The notes under the pieces were generated by a model. It had not been told where the DNA came from. It was given only the letters and a program-made list of their open reading frames with translations, and ran no database searches. A stretch of DNA of 61,981 bases, the filler included, from Rhabdomonas costata (lineage: Eukaryota): assembly GCA_019059605.1 (NCBI GenBank). It is 24 parts of 24 records of this genome, joined end to end, with 100 filler letters (N's around TTAATTAATTAA, not from the genome) between each part and the next. Parts side by side here need not be neighbours in the genome. Positions count along the whole stretch, not along the records: positions 12,987 to 15,471 come from JAHMHO010003194.1; positions 15,572 to 18,056 come from JAHMHO010003195.1; positions 18,157 to 20,642 come from JAHMHO010003196.1; positions 20,743 to 23,226 come from JAHMHO010003197.1; positions 23,327 to 25,812 come from JAHMHO010003198.1; positions 25,913 to 28,397 come from JAHMHO010003199.1; 18 more parts are not named here. One strand, 5' to 3'. Below are positions 14,711 through 27,883 of this stretch, piece after piece; position 1 is the stretch's first letter; each line of letters starts with the position of its first letter. The position numbers and the translations under genes were made by a program.

Positions 14711-15333
14711 ATGTCCCTGGCGGAGGTTGTCCTGACGGCTCGCGTGTACAGCTCGTGCATTGCCCACGCTCTTTCCACAGAGAAAGAAGAGATCATGGGC
14801 CTTCTGCTTGGGGACACGGAGTGGTCTCTTGCAAACACCCTGCACCCCTCGTTGCTGCGTCTTCCACCCCCACCGTTTGCATCCGGCGTTGTTCTGTACG
14901 TTCCTTAAACCTCTCGCATCAGTTTGCTTTGCGTCATGAAAGGTTGTGTCTATATGTTGAGGCCCGTCCGCCCATTTGTTTGAAGGATTCAACCGCCGTT
15001 AAAAGGTAACTCCATCTGCCCCCTAGGATCGCAGCGATATGCCAGTGAACACAGTGAACACGCTGGCCCTGACCCCAATTGTAGAGAGAGTTTTCCAATG
15101 CAATGTGATAGAAGGGAAGAAAGAAAGAAGGCCAGCTCTATGTCCCGTTGCTTCCCACCACTCAAGGATTACCCAGGAGGTGGCCTTCAGGACCCTGGTG
15201 TGGTCCGTCGTTCTGCTCCCGAGATCGGAGAGAAAAACTAACCGAGTGGAGATCGAGCCCGAGGCTCTAGTCAAGGCCACCGCAACTGCTGAGGAGCTCA
15301 GCGTGGCGATGAAGCGAAGGGTTCGCGTGATTG
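14711..15333 (+). CDS. BRCC3: BRCC36-like JAMM/MPN+ deubiquitinase, 3'-truncated; exons 14711-14820, 15167-15333
   Basis: CIAHALSTEKEEIMGLLLG, RSERKTNRVEIEPEAL and RVIG| (just before the expected WYHSH). GT-AG phase-2 intron. Confidence 0.9.
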
Positions 15334-15898
15334 GTGTGCGTGGGGAGCTGGTTTAATCTTTTTGCGTTTCATATTTTCGTATTGATTGCAATGGCATCTA
15401 CACTGGCGCAGTTTCCAAAATCATAGTCCGAGGCCCCCAAGTTTCCATCTGAGTCACTCCCCCCACCCACCNNNNNNNNNNNNNNNNNNNNNNNNNNNNN
15501 NNNNNNNNNNNNNNNTTAATTAATTAANNNNNNNNNNNNNNNNNNNNNNNNNNNNNNNNNNNNNNNNNNNNGGTGGGTTTGCTGATAACAACAAAGAGTT
15601 GGTCCACGTTATTTCGAACTTCCAAAGCGAATAAACCAAGTTGAACCTGCGGAGAGCGCAGGAGCCGGACAAAGTGATGCAGTCTTTGCGGCGAAAAAGG
15701 ACAACAGATGACCAACGGCGAGACATACGGACGACCGGCGACCGAAAGCGAATTCTACAGACCTACAAAAGCTGTTCCGAGAACGAAAAAAGTTCACAAC
15801 AATGGAGGGGAACGGAAACAGAAAAGATAGTTAGACAAGAAGTGAGAAGTACGTGAGAAAAGGAGGGTGAGTTCAAGAATGGAGTGGGGGGGGGGCAC

Positions 15899-17553
15899 CG
15901 TGTGGGACTCCCCGCAGGCCACCCCAAGGATGGCCCGCCCGCACAGCACCTCCAGCCGGGAGGGGCTTGGGGTGTTCTCGTCGTGGCCCAGCTGCCCGTC
16001 AATGCCCAAGCCAAAGGTGAAGAGCTGGTGCCCTCCCCCCCCCCCCGAAATCACCACTCATGATGACATTCCCTCCCAGCTTTGGTCTGCCTCCTTGACT
16101 GTCTTTCTCACGTCCTGTTCTGTGCGCCGTGAACTTGCTTGGTTGGCGAAGGTGGCTGGCGAAGGTGCATTCTCCGCTAAGGCTATTGAAGGTTGACCAG
16201 AAGGCTGTTTGGAGCCAGCTCGAATTCCGCGACCCCCTCCGGGTCAGGGGCCACAATAAAGCACCAGCGCTGTGTCTGGGCCTCCTCAGGCACGGCTTTC
16301 GTTCACAGCCTGAGACATGCCGTATAATCGTTTTATCTTGACATACACGCATCTGTATGTGATTGCACCGTCTCTGAGCAAGGGGCCTTCCCTTTCCGCC
16401 GATAATTACTTGCCATGGCATTTCAATATGCCTTGTCCCAAACCGTCTTTCTTCGTTTTCAGTTTCGCCTCATTTCCTGCAACTTGACGGAAGCCTTGAT
16501 CTTGGACGGTCGGAAGGGAAGCAAGCGTGTGCGTGGGAGGGGGGAGAGGGGTCGGGCTCTTGCCTTTTGTCCAGACACAGGTGTGGAAGCCCCCGGCAGC
16601 AATTCCAACCACCGCGTACCCCCGCAGCGCGGTGACCAGCATTGGCTCGGTGCAGTCCTTGCGGTGCGCGTGGCCGAGCTGGCCGTAGTATCCTGACCCA
16701 CAGCTGTACACCTCATCGTCTGAAAAAAAAACCAGGGCCCCGTAGGAAAAATGGGAACAAGGAAAGGGATCTCTATTCTTTTGAACGGAAGTGAACTTGC
16801 TGGGTTATCAACCATGGAAAAGCGAGTGCCGTTTTCAAAATGACTTTTTTTTTGTAAAATCAGTGAAAATTCAACAAGCGTGCCGGACCAGGTAAATCGG
16901 CGTTCCATTGATAACACTAGAGTCAGATGAAAGTGGGCTTAGCCTCCCTATTCTACACACTCTTTTCCCGCGCCCACCAACTTAGCTTTTTTGCCCCCCC
17001 CCCTCATTTTTGGGAAAAGGATTTTCTTTCTTGTTAATTAGTATTTTCCTGCATCACACAATCCGAAGACCAAAGCGAACCGAAATGAAGGTTGTTATTT
17101 TAAAACACTTAACCTCAACCCATGATTAAAAATAATCTGGCATAACCTGGAGGCGTGTCAGCCTTGTATATTTGCACGAGGGGTAGACAGCTGCGCATGG
17201 ATGGTGTGGGGTACAGGTCCACTCCACAACACCTCAACCGGTCAAAGCCCTCACCCCGGGTCACACCGACAACGGCTCGGAGAAGGGAAAAAAAACAACC
17301 CTAACCCTAACCCAAGCCCTTTTTTGTGGGAGCGCAAACAAAGCATCTGGCAAAGGGCACAACGTGGAAGCGTCGGGGGGGGGGTGCAGGCGGCTGCCCT
17401 CTGTGCAGAATAGGGTGTGGTAGTGCCCGCAGCAGGCACGGGTCACCACCTTGCCAGCCAAGGCTTGGACCCGGGTTGGGGAGAGCTTCTGCTCCTGATC
17501 GCCGTGGCCCAGCTGCCCGTACTGCGAGCACCCGAAGCTGTACACCTCGCCCC
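15899..17553 (-). CDS. RCC1-repeat protein, internal fragment; exons 17553-17398, 16719-16564, 16032-15899
   Basis: Three RCC1 blades (VYSFGCSQYGQLGHG…ACCGHYHT; VYSCGSGYYGQLGH…AAGGFHT; LFTFGLGIDGQLGH…ACGESHT), one per exon. Both internal introns are GC-AG. Confidence 0.92.
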
Positions 17554-20500
17554 CTGCGCGCACAGTTGAGCACAAAGGTGAGCTGGCGGACGTGAGCGAG
17601 TCCAGCCGACATCAACTGCTTGAGACGCTTGCGAAGTAGCGGCAGTTCAGTGATAGGAATTTGTTCACAAAGCAGCCTGAAGCCCGTTGTCTCTTCTTAC
17701 TCGCATTTACAATAATGGAACTACGACCACCTCCCTTCACTAGCGATCGATCTGTCAGCTCTGTCAGCGCCGGCTTACTGTGATGTTTCGCTTACCGCAA
17801 TACACGCGGTAGCGGCATTGCCCAGCAAAGGCACCGACTGCATCGCACGTGAGTGGTAGCTCAATGCGCAGTTGTCTACTTCTCGTGTTCTCACTATGCC
17901 TACTGCTTCTGCTATGCCTTTGTGCCCGAAGCGAGCCCTTGCAAGTACGTATATTGAAGAGCAAAGCTGCACAGCGAATTATTAAACGGTGCCTGCGTGA
18001 ATGGTGAGGAACCTTGCGGCATTTGACCCAGGTTCTCGAGAACGTACACACAACACNNNNNNNNNNNNNNNNNNNNNNNNNNNNNNNNNNNNNNNNNNNN
18101 TTAATTAATTAANNNNNNNNNNNNNNNNNNNNNNNNNNNNNNNNNNNNNNNNNNNNGTGGTTTTGGGGATTCCAAAAAAGACGAAGATGGTTCAACCAAT
18201 CACTGCAGCAACCAAAAACAGGAGCATGTTGTGAATGACATACTCTTAGATCATCACCAAAATAATGCCTCCAGGCGGCACAAGCCACAGAGCAATGGCG
18301 GTCTTCGCGTGGTCTCACACATTCTGCAAAACGCTGGTTCTACGTTTGCTCTTTTTTCGGCAGCGGTTGATCCACCGCATCGAAAAACGAAGCTAATGAA
18401 CGCTTAAACAAAATTAGTGGAAATGGGTGACATCGCGAAGCGCAAAGCACAGTTCAGGCGTGAAACGTTCAGTAGAAAGTGAGTAGTGCAACTGAAAAAC
18501 ACAAAGGCTCTAACTGCAGTGGTGAAGCGACGCATTGCGGTGGCAGACGTGAAGCAACCTTTCCAAAGTGAAGGTCTTCTCAACAGAGAAAACCAAGATA
18601 AAAGCTGTGTACCCATGGTAAAAGAAACCATCAAGAGTGGTGATGCAAAAAACACTGACTTAATGGCGACAAGCCGCCAATAGTATTATGGAGACTGCGT
18701 ATGAGGCTAATTCGTCAAAACACTTTGGCACAGTTTGCAAATTCCAAGCAAAAAGCGTCTACGTTCAAAGTGACTAAGACAAAGCAGGCCTAGTGGATTT
18801 GTATATACAAAACGCCTCATAAACGCTTTCTGTCCGGTGATTTGTGTCAGAATTATCTTTCACCATTGGGAGGTTTTGGTGCCTTTGGGGGGCTCTCAGC
18901 GGATTGTTTTCGACAGAACACACATCTTATTTGCATAAAACAAAACCACTCCCAACTGGGCCAGACACCTGGCTCTTGACCTAAAGCACTCAAAGATCAA
19001 TTGGCAAGTCATAATCCAGAAAGCCCGTCATTGCTGGACATATAATACATAAAACAACTTGAAATGAAATGAAATCTCTGAAGCATTCCTCACGAAAACC
19101 ATCCTCTAGTGATAATTCAGATCAAATTTATCATTGTTTCACCAACGCAATTCTCCTTGGAGCGGTGTGCTGTAGAGTGTCCTTGTGCTCAAAATTATGC
19201 ACATCTGTTTAGTTGGTGTTGGAGCTTTGGCGGTGCTGCTGTCCGTGCTGAAGGCCAATTCGTGCGTTGCGGTATCGACCTCAATCAACATTTGTCGCTA
19301 CACACACTTGGGGCACAATAACCAAGCGTCCAGTCAACGGCAAGCGCAATGCGCCCAACGCACACTTGGAGCACTTGAAAAGGATGAATTTTTCACTTTC
19401 AGAGTATGGGAAGGAAGAAAAAACTGGTGTACTATAAGCCTTCCGATGCATAATGTGCATAAGTAAAAAGTAAAGGACAATGAGCTGTAGCGAGGCGGCA
19501 GCATGAATAACAACCAGGATTGTAAGCCTTACGGAAACAGGAGCTGACTTTCCAGGACACGTCTCGGTACCGCGCAGCAGCTACCGGTCCAATTCCTGAG
19601 CCACTGCACTGGAGAGGCGCCTCCACAGCGGTTAAGATGAGATTAAAAGCTTCTCCACGAGCACTTTTTTTTGGGCAGAACCAGGATGGCCTTCCTGGCA
19701 CGGTAACCATTCACCTGTATTCTCCGCACCTTTTACGACTAACCGCATACGAAGCCTGGTGCACTTACGCGCCGCGTCGGAATCAGCTTTCCCGTCTCGG
19801 GCTGGGCTGCCTCTGCGCCAGGGGTGACATCCGCTGTGGAAAATGTATGGTGCAGAGTGTTCACCACTGACACACCAACATGCCTGGGAGCGGTTTCGCT
19901 GGGTTCCGGCACAAAAAAGTTGGAACGAGCCGAGAGCCATAGGGTAGGAGTGGCTCGAGGCGGTTCGTAATACCAGCGCCGTTGTAATAATACCACTTAT
20001 GGCGCGCATACTGGCCTCACGTTCGGTGCTAAATTCCGTGTGTGTATTTGGATGTGAATTTTGCACTCGGTGTGTTTCTGAGTTCTGTACGGTGGTTCTT
20101 GGCTTAGGAAGTAGCGGGTATTTTGGAGAGCTGAATTTACTGGTCGAACAAAACGTTTTCATTTTGGTCGCGTAGTCCAGCGTTTTGCTTACGTTCGATT
20201 TAACGGAGCTCTGCTCCCACAGCTTTTTAAAACGTGGTTAACGCAGGTTGTATACATGTTGGTGTTATTCGTACAAATAAAGCACTTTCACACTTTTCTT
20301 TGTCTTTACCACTTCAGTTTTTTGTCTGGCATCTAACGTGGTTGTACGGCTTCCAACGAGTCATTTCATTCTGCTGAATGAACAACAAGGAGAGACTCCA
20401 CATACGTGTTTCCACTTGTAGCTATGCGCCGTTGATTTTTGTGTGCGCGTGATGGCCTAGCATACTCTGCAGTTTTCCCATACAGCCAAAAAGCAAACTG

Positions 20501-21395
20501 ACCAAACAAAAGGCAACAACACCTCAGTAACAACACACAGTGCACAGAGGTCAAGAGCCAGCACCAGTTTTGTCATTCTGAGTCGTTCCTACCTTCCTAA
20601 AATAACAAACTCCCTTCAAACAACTCGACAAAACAGAGGCTANNNNNNNNNNNNNNNNNNNNNNNNNNNNNNNNNNNNNNNNNNNNTTAATTAATTAANN
20701 NNNNNNNNNNNNNNNNNNNNNNNNNNNNNNNNNNNNNNNNNNCCTACTATTTCGGTGTGCATGGTTCCTGTGGGGTTTCTAGCGACTCTTGTAGCAAACG
20801 CATTTACGGAGCACCACGCTGGGTCGCTTGAGCAGCAGTGCAAAGCAAGTGTAAAGGAAAAAAGGTACTTGCTTCCAATTTTTACTGGTGGGCTGTCACC
20901 GTAGAGGAAGGGTGAACAACAAGTCCACCTCGATCAGCCTTAGTTCAAGGGGGCATGCGGTTGAAAGTTCATTAAATCCTTTTCTTTCCTTGCGTGCAAC
21001 AATTACGGGCGGAAGCGTCACACAACACTGGAGCTGAGTTGACAATGCTATGATGGACCGCACAAGGTGTGCGAATCGCTTAGTAAGTCGGAACAAAGGG
21101 ACAGACAAAGGGGGTTGGGGAAACCCAGGCAAACGGGTTCATAGTTAGTGGTGCGGTTTCTCCCGTTCCGTTTGCATGATAGGAAAAGACAAGGACATCA
21201 CAATTTTCCTGTTGACCTTTGTTTTTCTTCTTTTTTATGTTCTATTTTTTTTGAGGAAAAACGAGTAAAGCAGCCGCGCACAGAGTGTTCAGGTTCCGGG
21301 AAAAAGGCAATGCGGCAATGAGAGGTGACTTCTCTAGTTTCCTTTTCCTTACCTTCTTTCTTCCATCTCTCTCCCACACAGTCCACCGCGCATAC

Positions 21396-23119
21396 CCAGG
21401 AGCGAACCTTCCAGGTTCGGGGTCCAGAATCCGCCGAACATTCTCGTCCTCCTCAGAGCCAGAGTCATCGTCACGCTCACCAGCTTGCCGGGGAAGCCGA
21501 GCGGCCAAGTCCTGTGAAAACGACATTCCCACCCACCCTCACGCAGGCCTTGCATCTAGCATTCTGGTGTACTAGTGCGGGGTGGAGGGCGCAAATTGAA
21601 AATCTTGTCTTGAAAAATTTGTCAGCACAACTTTTCAATCTCAGGTCTCCGAAGTAACAGGAAAAATCGAGTCATGGTTCCGTGATTTGACATTACTTCC
21701 ACCTTCCTTCATGAAGCCCCCTCAAATAGAGGTCCCTGGGGGGGGTTGAAAAACCTGAGCGAGCTGATCCAGGTAAGCTGCGGGCATGTTTGCATCGGGA
21801 GACCTTGCGACCAGTTTTGCGAGCCTGCGTCGAATGATGGGGTACTCCAAGATTTGCGAGACCTTCGGCCGCTTGTTGGGCTCCTTCTGCAGCAGTTTGG
21901 CTGAAAGGAAAAGCGAAAGCCTGGCCACCCAGCGCACACAAAGGTAAACTCTGTCGTCTCAGCGGTCTCCGTACTCAATACAAGTGCATTTAAGTTCAAG
22001 TCCCAGTCCAAATTCAATCTACGCAAGTCATGCGGCCTCACCGCGATCTCGAAGAAAAAAGGGCGAGGATCACGAAATTAGGAGGGCAATTGAACGGCAG
22101 CCAAGACTTCGTTCAAGATGAAAAACCACGTGGTGTGGTGGAGCTGAGCTACGTTGGAAGCGTGTGCAGGAGCAGAGGGGGCATACAAACGATGGCTCGA
22201 AGCTCGCTGGAATACATCAGGGGAGGGGGATCGTAGATCACCCGAAGAATTTTGTACATCAACCCCTTCATATCTGCGCGACCCACAAACATGACGAACG
22301 AATAAAGGTTGACCGGAAAACTGCAGAAATGCAGAGCTATCTGACTCTGCGATTGTGAAGTACGGATGTTGAACCTGTTGCATTGAAGGGATGTTTGAGA
22401 GACATCAGCTCGTACAAAACAACCCCAAGGGCCCAGCAGTCGCTCATGTTGTTGTACGGCTTCTCCTGCAGAAAAGAAAGCAACGTAGGCGACAAAACTC
22501 GCTGAACTTCACGACGGGAAGGAAGGGGCTGGACACACACCTGGACAAGTTCGGGGCTGAGGTAGTAGGGAGTTCCGACAAAGGTGTGCGCGCAGTCGCA
22601 GGTGTTCTGCAGGAACCTGGAGATTCCGAAGTCTCCGACCTGAGAAGTGGGGGAAGCGTGAAGAACTCGCAATAAGGAAGAGGGCTTCGAAATTTGGAAG
22701 GATAAAGAAGAACAATTCTATTCCCAAGCAAAAACCTTCACAACGCCTTCATCAGTGAGGAAGATGTTTTGACTCTGCGAAAAAGCATGAACACCTCACT
22801 CAGCAAACGCGCATCCAAGTTGAGACAAGGGGTTCTCCCCTACTCACTTCCTCACTGATCCGAATGAAGGCCAATGTTTTTTTTGCGGACAGGAAACTAT
22901 TTTGCGCCAAACAACGTTTATAGAGACCCCCCTAGAATCACTGGAGTGCGAATGGGGGTGGGTCTGGGTGGGGACGAACCTTAATGTCTCGGTGAAGCAC
23001 CCGTTTCTGGTGACAGTACTCAACGGCGAGACAAATCTGAAGGAACCAGTCCAAGATCTGTTCTTCGGAGAAGTGCTTTCCCTTCGTCTTGGCCTGCTTG
23101 ACCTTGTCCGACAGGTCAC
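21396..23119 (-). CDS. NIMA-related (NEK) Ser/Thr kinase fragment; exons 23119-22980, 22774-22736, 22639-22541, 22465-22375, 22273-22187, 21900-21755, 21511-21396
   Basis: [70 protein letters not shown]. Six phase-compatible GT-AG introns. Confidence 0.95.
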
Positions 23120-23432
23120 CTATGAACAGAGGGTGGCGTTTCTCCGCCACTCTCTTTACCGCATAACAGCAAATAGCGCAATGAAAGCGTTCACCCACCT
23201 CCTTCTGCAAAGAGAAACACACCACCNNNNNNNNNNNNNNNNNNNNNNNNNNNNNNNNNNNNNNNNNNNNTTAATTAATTAANNNNNNNNNNNNNNNNNN
23301 NNNNNNNNNNNNNNNNNNNNNNNNNNGGTGTTGGTTTGGTTGTTTTGTCTCCACCGTTTGCTCCGCTCGACCACGCAGTGCGAAGGGTAGCGGTCAGGGT
23401 ACTGGAGGTCGGGTGGGGAACGGGAGGCACCA

Positions 23433-25800
23433 ATGGCTCTGCTGGGGTTGAACCACAATGTCGCGCTGGTGCTGCTGTGCACGCTGTTCTCTGGTATCTC
23501 CATGGGAATGATGTATTTCGGGGTGCTGCCGGCCTACCTCTACCTGCTAACGGGGGGCTCTAACACCAAAGTGGGCGCTGTGGAGGTGAATGCGGCTGGG
23601 AGTGTGGAAGGGATTGATGGGGGGCAGGGAGGAATTTATGCGCGTTTTCCTTTTTTAATTGTGGTGAGCCGGCACCCCGCTTCACTTGGCAGTGCCGTAG
23701 CACTCCCTCCCCTCCGCGAGCACCCGTACGCTGCGCGTGTCTTGATTAGGACATCTCTGTCTTTCTTTGCCTTTTCTTTTCCTCTTTTTCTCCTTCGCCT
23801 CTGTCTTTTTCTTTCGTTTAAGACTCACGCACTGTCCCTATCACCAACATCAAAGGCACTCCCTCTTTCTCGGTGACGGATGTCGCACATTTTATTTCAG
23901 AGCCCGACCCATCTCCGATTTCAAATGGGAAGACCCCCACGAAAAGCTGACATGAATTCCCAAGTTTGCCAGAACCCGACGAACTAGTCCAAAGCAGGGA
24001 CCACTCTGCCGAGGGGTCGAAACACCAGTCGCTCCAGTGGTGCATGACATCAATTAGCTGCTCAGCTGAGCTTTCACCCCTTTCACTCTTTTGGTGAAGT
24101 GTGCGGGTTTCGCTGCGGTGCTTTGATGAGTATTACTTTCCCGTTTAAGGGTCGCTCGACTTTTGGTTGGCTGCTAATTCCATTTAAGAGTCACTCAGCT
24201 CCCTCTAGTGCACCTTCCAGTCAGTAGAGCTTCTTCATTCTCTCGGCTTGTCATTTCTGTGACGTTTGGAGCACCAGACCATCATCCGAGACGAGAACTG
24301 TGAGAGCTGCAATTAGAACAGTTTGTTAGCTGGTTTACCGTGGTCTGGTCGGTCGATGGTATCCTCAATGGCGGACATTGTTCACACTGCAATACTCACC
24401 ACAGCCATTCCAAAACACCATTCCACCACAATATTCGCGGAATTCTAAAGCTTAACAGGGACCCAAAATGATCCTATGAACATTTCAGGTTAGTATTGTT
24501 GACCCCGTGATATCAACAGACGATTAATGAAATACATCGATCCGTTTGAACCAAGGTTGTGGTGTGTGTTTTGTTTCCCACCGCCTCAGCCATGCCCTCC
24601 ACCTGTGTTCACCCCTGAGTGTGTGTGTGTGTGTGTGATCATTTTCCAGCCGCCATCTCAAGTTTCGCCACGGAACGAGACGGTCAATTATGTGCGAGGC
24701 AACTTGTGCCTCCAACTAGCCACTTGCTGGGCCCCATTGTTCCGCAGGGGAAGTCTTGGTTGGGGTGGGGCAAAGTTGCCTTCACCATCGTTCTTGAGCG
24801 AGGCCAGCGCACCCAACTCTTTGTTTGGGTGTCTGGTGGGATGGGATTTTCAGGGTGTGCAGGGGATACTGACCACCCTAACCTCAATTGTGATCGGGTA
24901 CTACACGGACCTTCCCGGGGTGAAGCGCCAAACCATTCTCCGGATTGGTGGGGTGCTTGGTCTGCTGGGCACCGGGGCGATCTACGGCGCGCTTTTTGTG
25001 GAGAACTTTGCTTCGGTGATCACTCCCCCCCCCCCCCCCCCCCCGCCGCCGCCAATTTCGAGTGCACACAAAGGATATTTCGCTATAATAGAAGAGATGG
25101 CATAGTTTGATTTGAAAAAATTCCCCAGCTCGAACACCCCTTTCTTTCCCCATTGCGTCAATGTTAACTCCATGTGCTAGGTGCCCCATTGTGAAACAAC
25201 GTGGCCTTTTCAATCCAAAAAGGACCCAATTTTGGGCTAAACCGTGGTTTTTAGGCCAAGGTTTAATCCTTTGATGGGTGTGACAAGAAGCGGCGCAAAA
25301 TGTATGAAAGGCAGAGGTGGCATGGAGCAAACGGACCGGCTGAAAATAAACAAACAGCAAACAAAAAACCTATCTTACCGTATTCACGAAGGTTGTGCAC
25401 CTGACAAAAATCCGTCTTTTGCCGTTCCCCACGTTTTGCATTTGGGAAGAGAGCAGCAATGCCTAGGCCGGCTTTGTCTTTGCCCGCACACTTCTTTGTG
25501 TAATCCGGAGAAGGGCTCGTAATTATTGTCCGCTTCGCTGTAAATGTGAGAACTGTTCCTAAAGGCGACGTGGTGAGGAAAGAGAATTGAAGAAAGCTGA
25601 AATTTGAGCCGAAATGGACATTTGCTCCCAGCTTTGTATGGGTGCTTGGCTGGTTCACAAGCTTTTCTTTGTTGGATGTCCAAAATTCTCACTTCTAATC
25701 TCAATAATCTCAAGCGGGTCATACTAGATCTTTACCGGACCCCTCCCACAGATGTGTGTGGCGCTGTCCCTGCTTGGGATTGTCGGGGCCTTCTCATGGG
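23433..25800 (+). CDS. Major-facilitator-like membrane transporter, 3'-truncated; exons 23433-23585, 24854-25015, 25752-25800
   Basis: Successive TM helices with an MFS-like TM1/TM2 (LPAYL…SNTKVGAVEGVQG) and a motif-A-like GYYTD…KRQ. Additional small exons may be missed. Confidence 0.7.
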
Positions 25801-26146
25801 GTCCCACAAAAANNNNNNNNNNNNNNNNNNNNNNNNNNNNNNNNNNNNNNNNNNNNTTAATTAATTAANNNNNNNNNNNNNNNNNNNNNNNNNNNNNNNN
25901 NNNNNNNNNNNNGGTTTGGTGGGGGGTGGTTTCACTTTCATTATTGGCACGGACTCGTCGAATAAATCTGATGTCGTGGCCTCAGGCGGGGCCTGGTATG
26001 TCCTGTGCTCTTTAATTGGATCCTTTCCTTTCTCTGCCCCTACATATATTGCACTTGCCCCCCTCGCCCTCCCCGAAGATGTCTAATGCGGTGCGTTGAA
26101 CTGGACCATTCCAAGATTCCTACACTTCCATTCCATCGACCCTCAG

Positions 26147-27883
26147 GGGGACGTCTGCTTGGGTTCTGGGGTTCCGTACCTCGTCCTTGGGCTTCGCTGC
26201 AGTAGTTTCGCGTCATTTGATTTCAGACCTCTTCGTTGACTTTGCAAAGATTGCGGCCGGTACTCTTGTGCTTTCTGCCCTTTCAGCTGTATAAATTCTG
26301 GCTGCACCACCTGCTGCTTTTCCGCATGTTGCGAACGGTGAGCTGTCTTCCAGATGGAATTTCATTGCGCTGGACGCGCATATGTGTTTTATGGCGAAGG
26401 TCTTTCATTCTGCAGAGGCAGTGCTTGTTTCTCCCAGTTTTCACAGACCCGTCTTCAAATCCTTGTCCTCGCTGATGGAAGTCAGCTTTCCAATCGGATA
26501 CTTCCTGCCCCTCCTTCCTGCCTTTTCTGCTCCCGATTGCTTCCTACTTTAGATGCATTCTGCCTTTCTTTGTTTCCGTGCCATTTGCCTTCATAGAACA
26601 CTGTTGCAATCCAGTTGTTGTTCCATTCTAGTCCCGTCTGTTTTCCACAGGAACGACTACTTGGGTTATCCTGGTTCGGTTTGGCCGGATGGCACAACAG
26701 CCCCTTCTACTAACGTCATAACGGCCAACGCTGCGCGCAACACTGTCATCAACGGAGGCTACAACTGCCAGCAGCTTCCTGACCGTGACTCTGGGCTCCC
26801 CGTGTGCTTTACTTGGCCAATTCAGCCCTCCACGATCACCCCCACTGCCTTCCGCGTGACGCTCTCCGACGGCCGCGTGCTCACGCCCGTGTGCGCTGGC
26901 TTGACCCCAAACTCCGAGATGAACGAGCGGGCCTGCACGGTAATCTTCGGCCCCTGGGGAAACCGCATTCCTCCGGGAAGTCCCAGTGCTGTGTGGGTCA
27001 CCTCCGTTGAGGTGGTCAGCGACCTGAACCTAGTTGGGCCTGGTGCGTCTGCCTTTTGGGATGTTCTGAAGGAATTCTCAGAGGCTTTGTGCAACTTTGA
27101 AAACGTTGTCCGCAAAGGCTCCCTTCTCCCCCTAATCTCGCTGATTTGAAACGCTTCTTTCACCCATCCCATCCCTCAATTTTTTTTCGTACTCTCTATG
27201 GTTTTTTTTTACCGCCTCCATCCCCCTGTCCATATTAGCACCGTTGTTTGCAGCGCTCTTCCTAACGGTGGACATCTTCTGCTTGCGATTACTGGTTGGG
27301 GTCTGCAGAGTGAGTGTAGGATTGCCTTTTGCTGGACATTTTTGCATTTTGGAACACATCGTTGCACCGTCTTAAACCTGATGTGTGTGGTTTCTTGATC
27401 AGCTGATTTTTGTGCGCGCTGAATGCGACCTTTTCGTAGGTGCTTTTGCTGTTTTTGCTTTCATCAGGTGGTCAGATTGTATCTGCAGTTGGAATGGTCA
27501 TTCGCAACCCCGACAATGCCTCCCCATACACCGCTGGAGACGGCCCCCACTTCATCTCCGCCACCGTAGCTCGCCTTCAGGACACTTTGGTTGGAGAGGG
27601 GGTGTACGGAGTTTTCAACCAGACCGCCTATTTTCCCAACTCTGGGGCTGTGCTATATGGGCCGGGGGGTACCGTTGCCGGGGTGCCCATTTCTGCGGGG
27701 CCAGGAAAAAGTGGTCAGCTTGAAGTGTGGAGGATACGGATGTTCCTCAGTGGGGGAATGACCTTGGATGGGGTCCGGGGGCTTCGGCCGGGGCTCTTTC
27801 CCCGTTTCTTCTCTCTTGTGCTGAGGGATTCCTCTCCGTTTGTGGTGCAATATGTGGGGCCCCAGGATTCCTGGAGCGTTTAG
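26147..27883 (+). CDS. Uncharacterised protein resembling a bacterial family sometimes labelled 'phospholipase'; exons ~26147-26201, 26651-27042, 27468-~27883
   Basis: Spliced frame GLPVCFTWPIQPST…PNSEMNER…FGPWGNR…LVGPGGQIVSAVG…GPHFISA…PNSGAVLYG…RIRMFLSGGMTLDGVRG…FF. The similarity is recalled from memory, not searched. The 3' boundary is uncertain. Confidence 0.65.

Noticed and set aside
17297-17313. Telomere-like (CCCTAA) repeats
   Set aside because: Fewer than three units, inside an intron; compatible with chance.
18157-20642. Contig with short ORFs and a few exon-like segments (~19541-19850)
   Set aside because: No recognisable motif or convincing codon bias; cannot support a gene.
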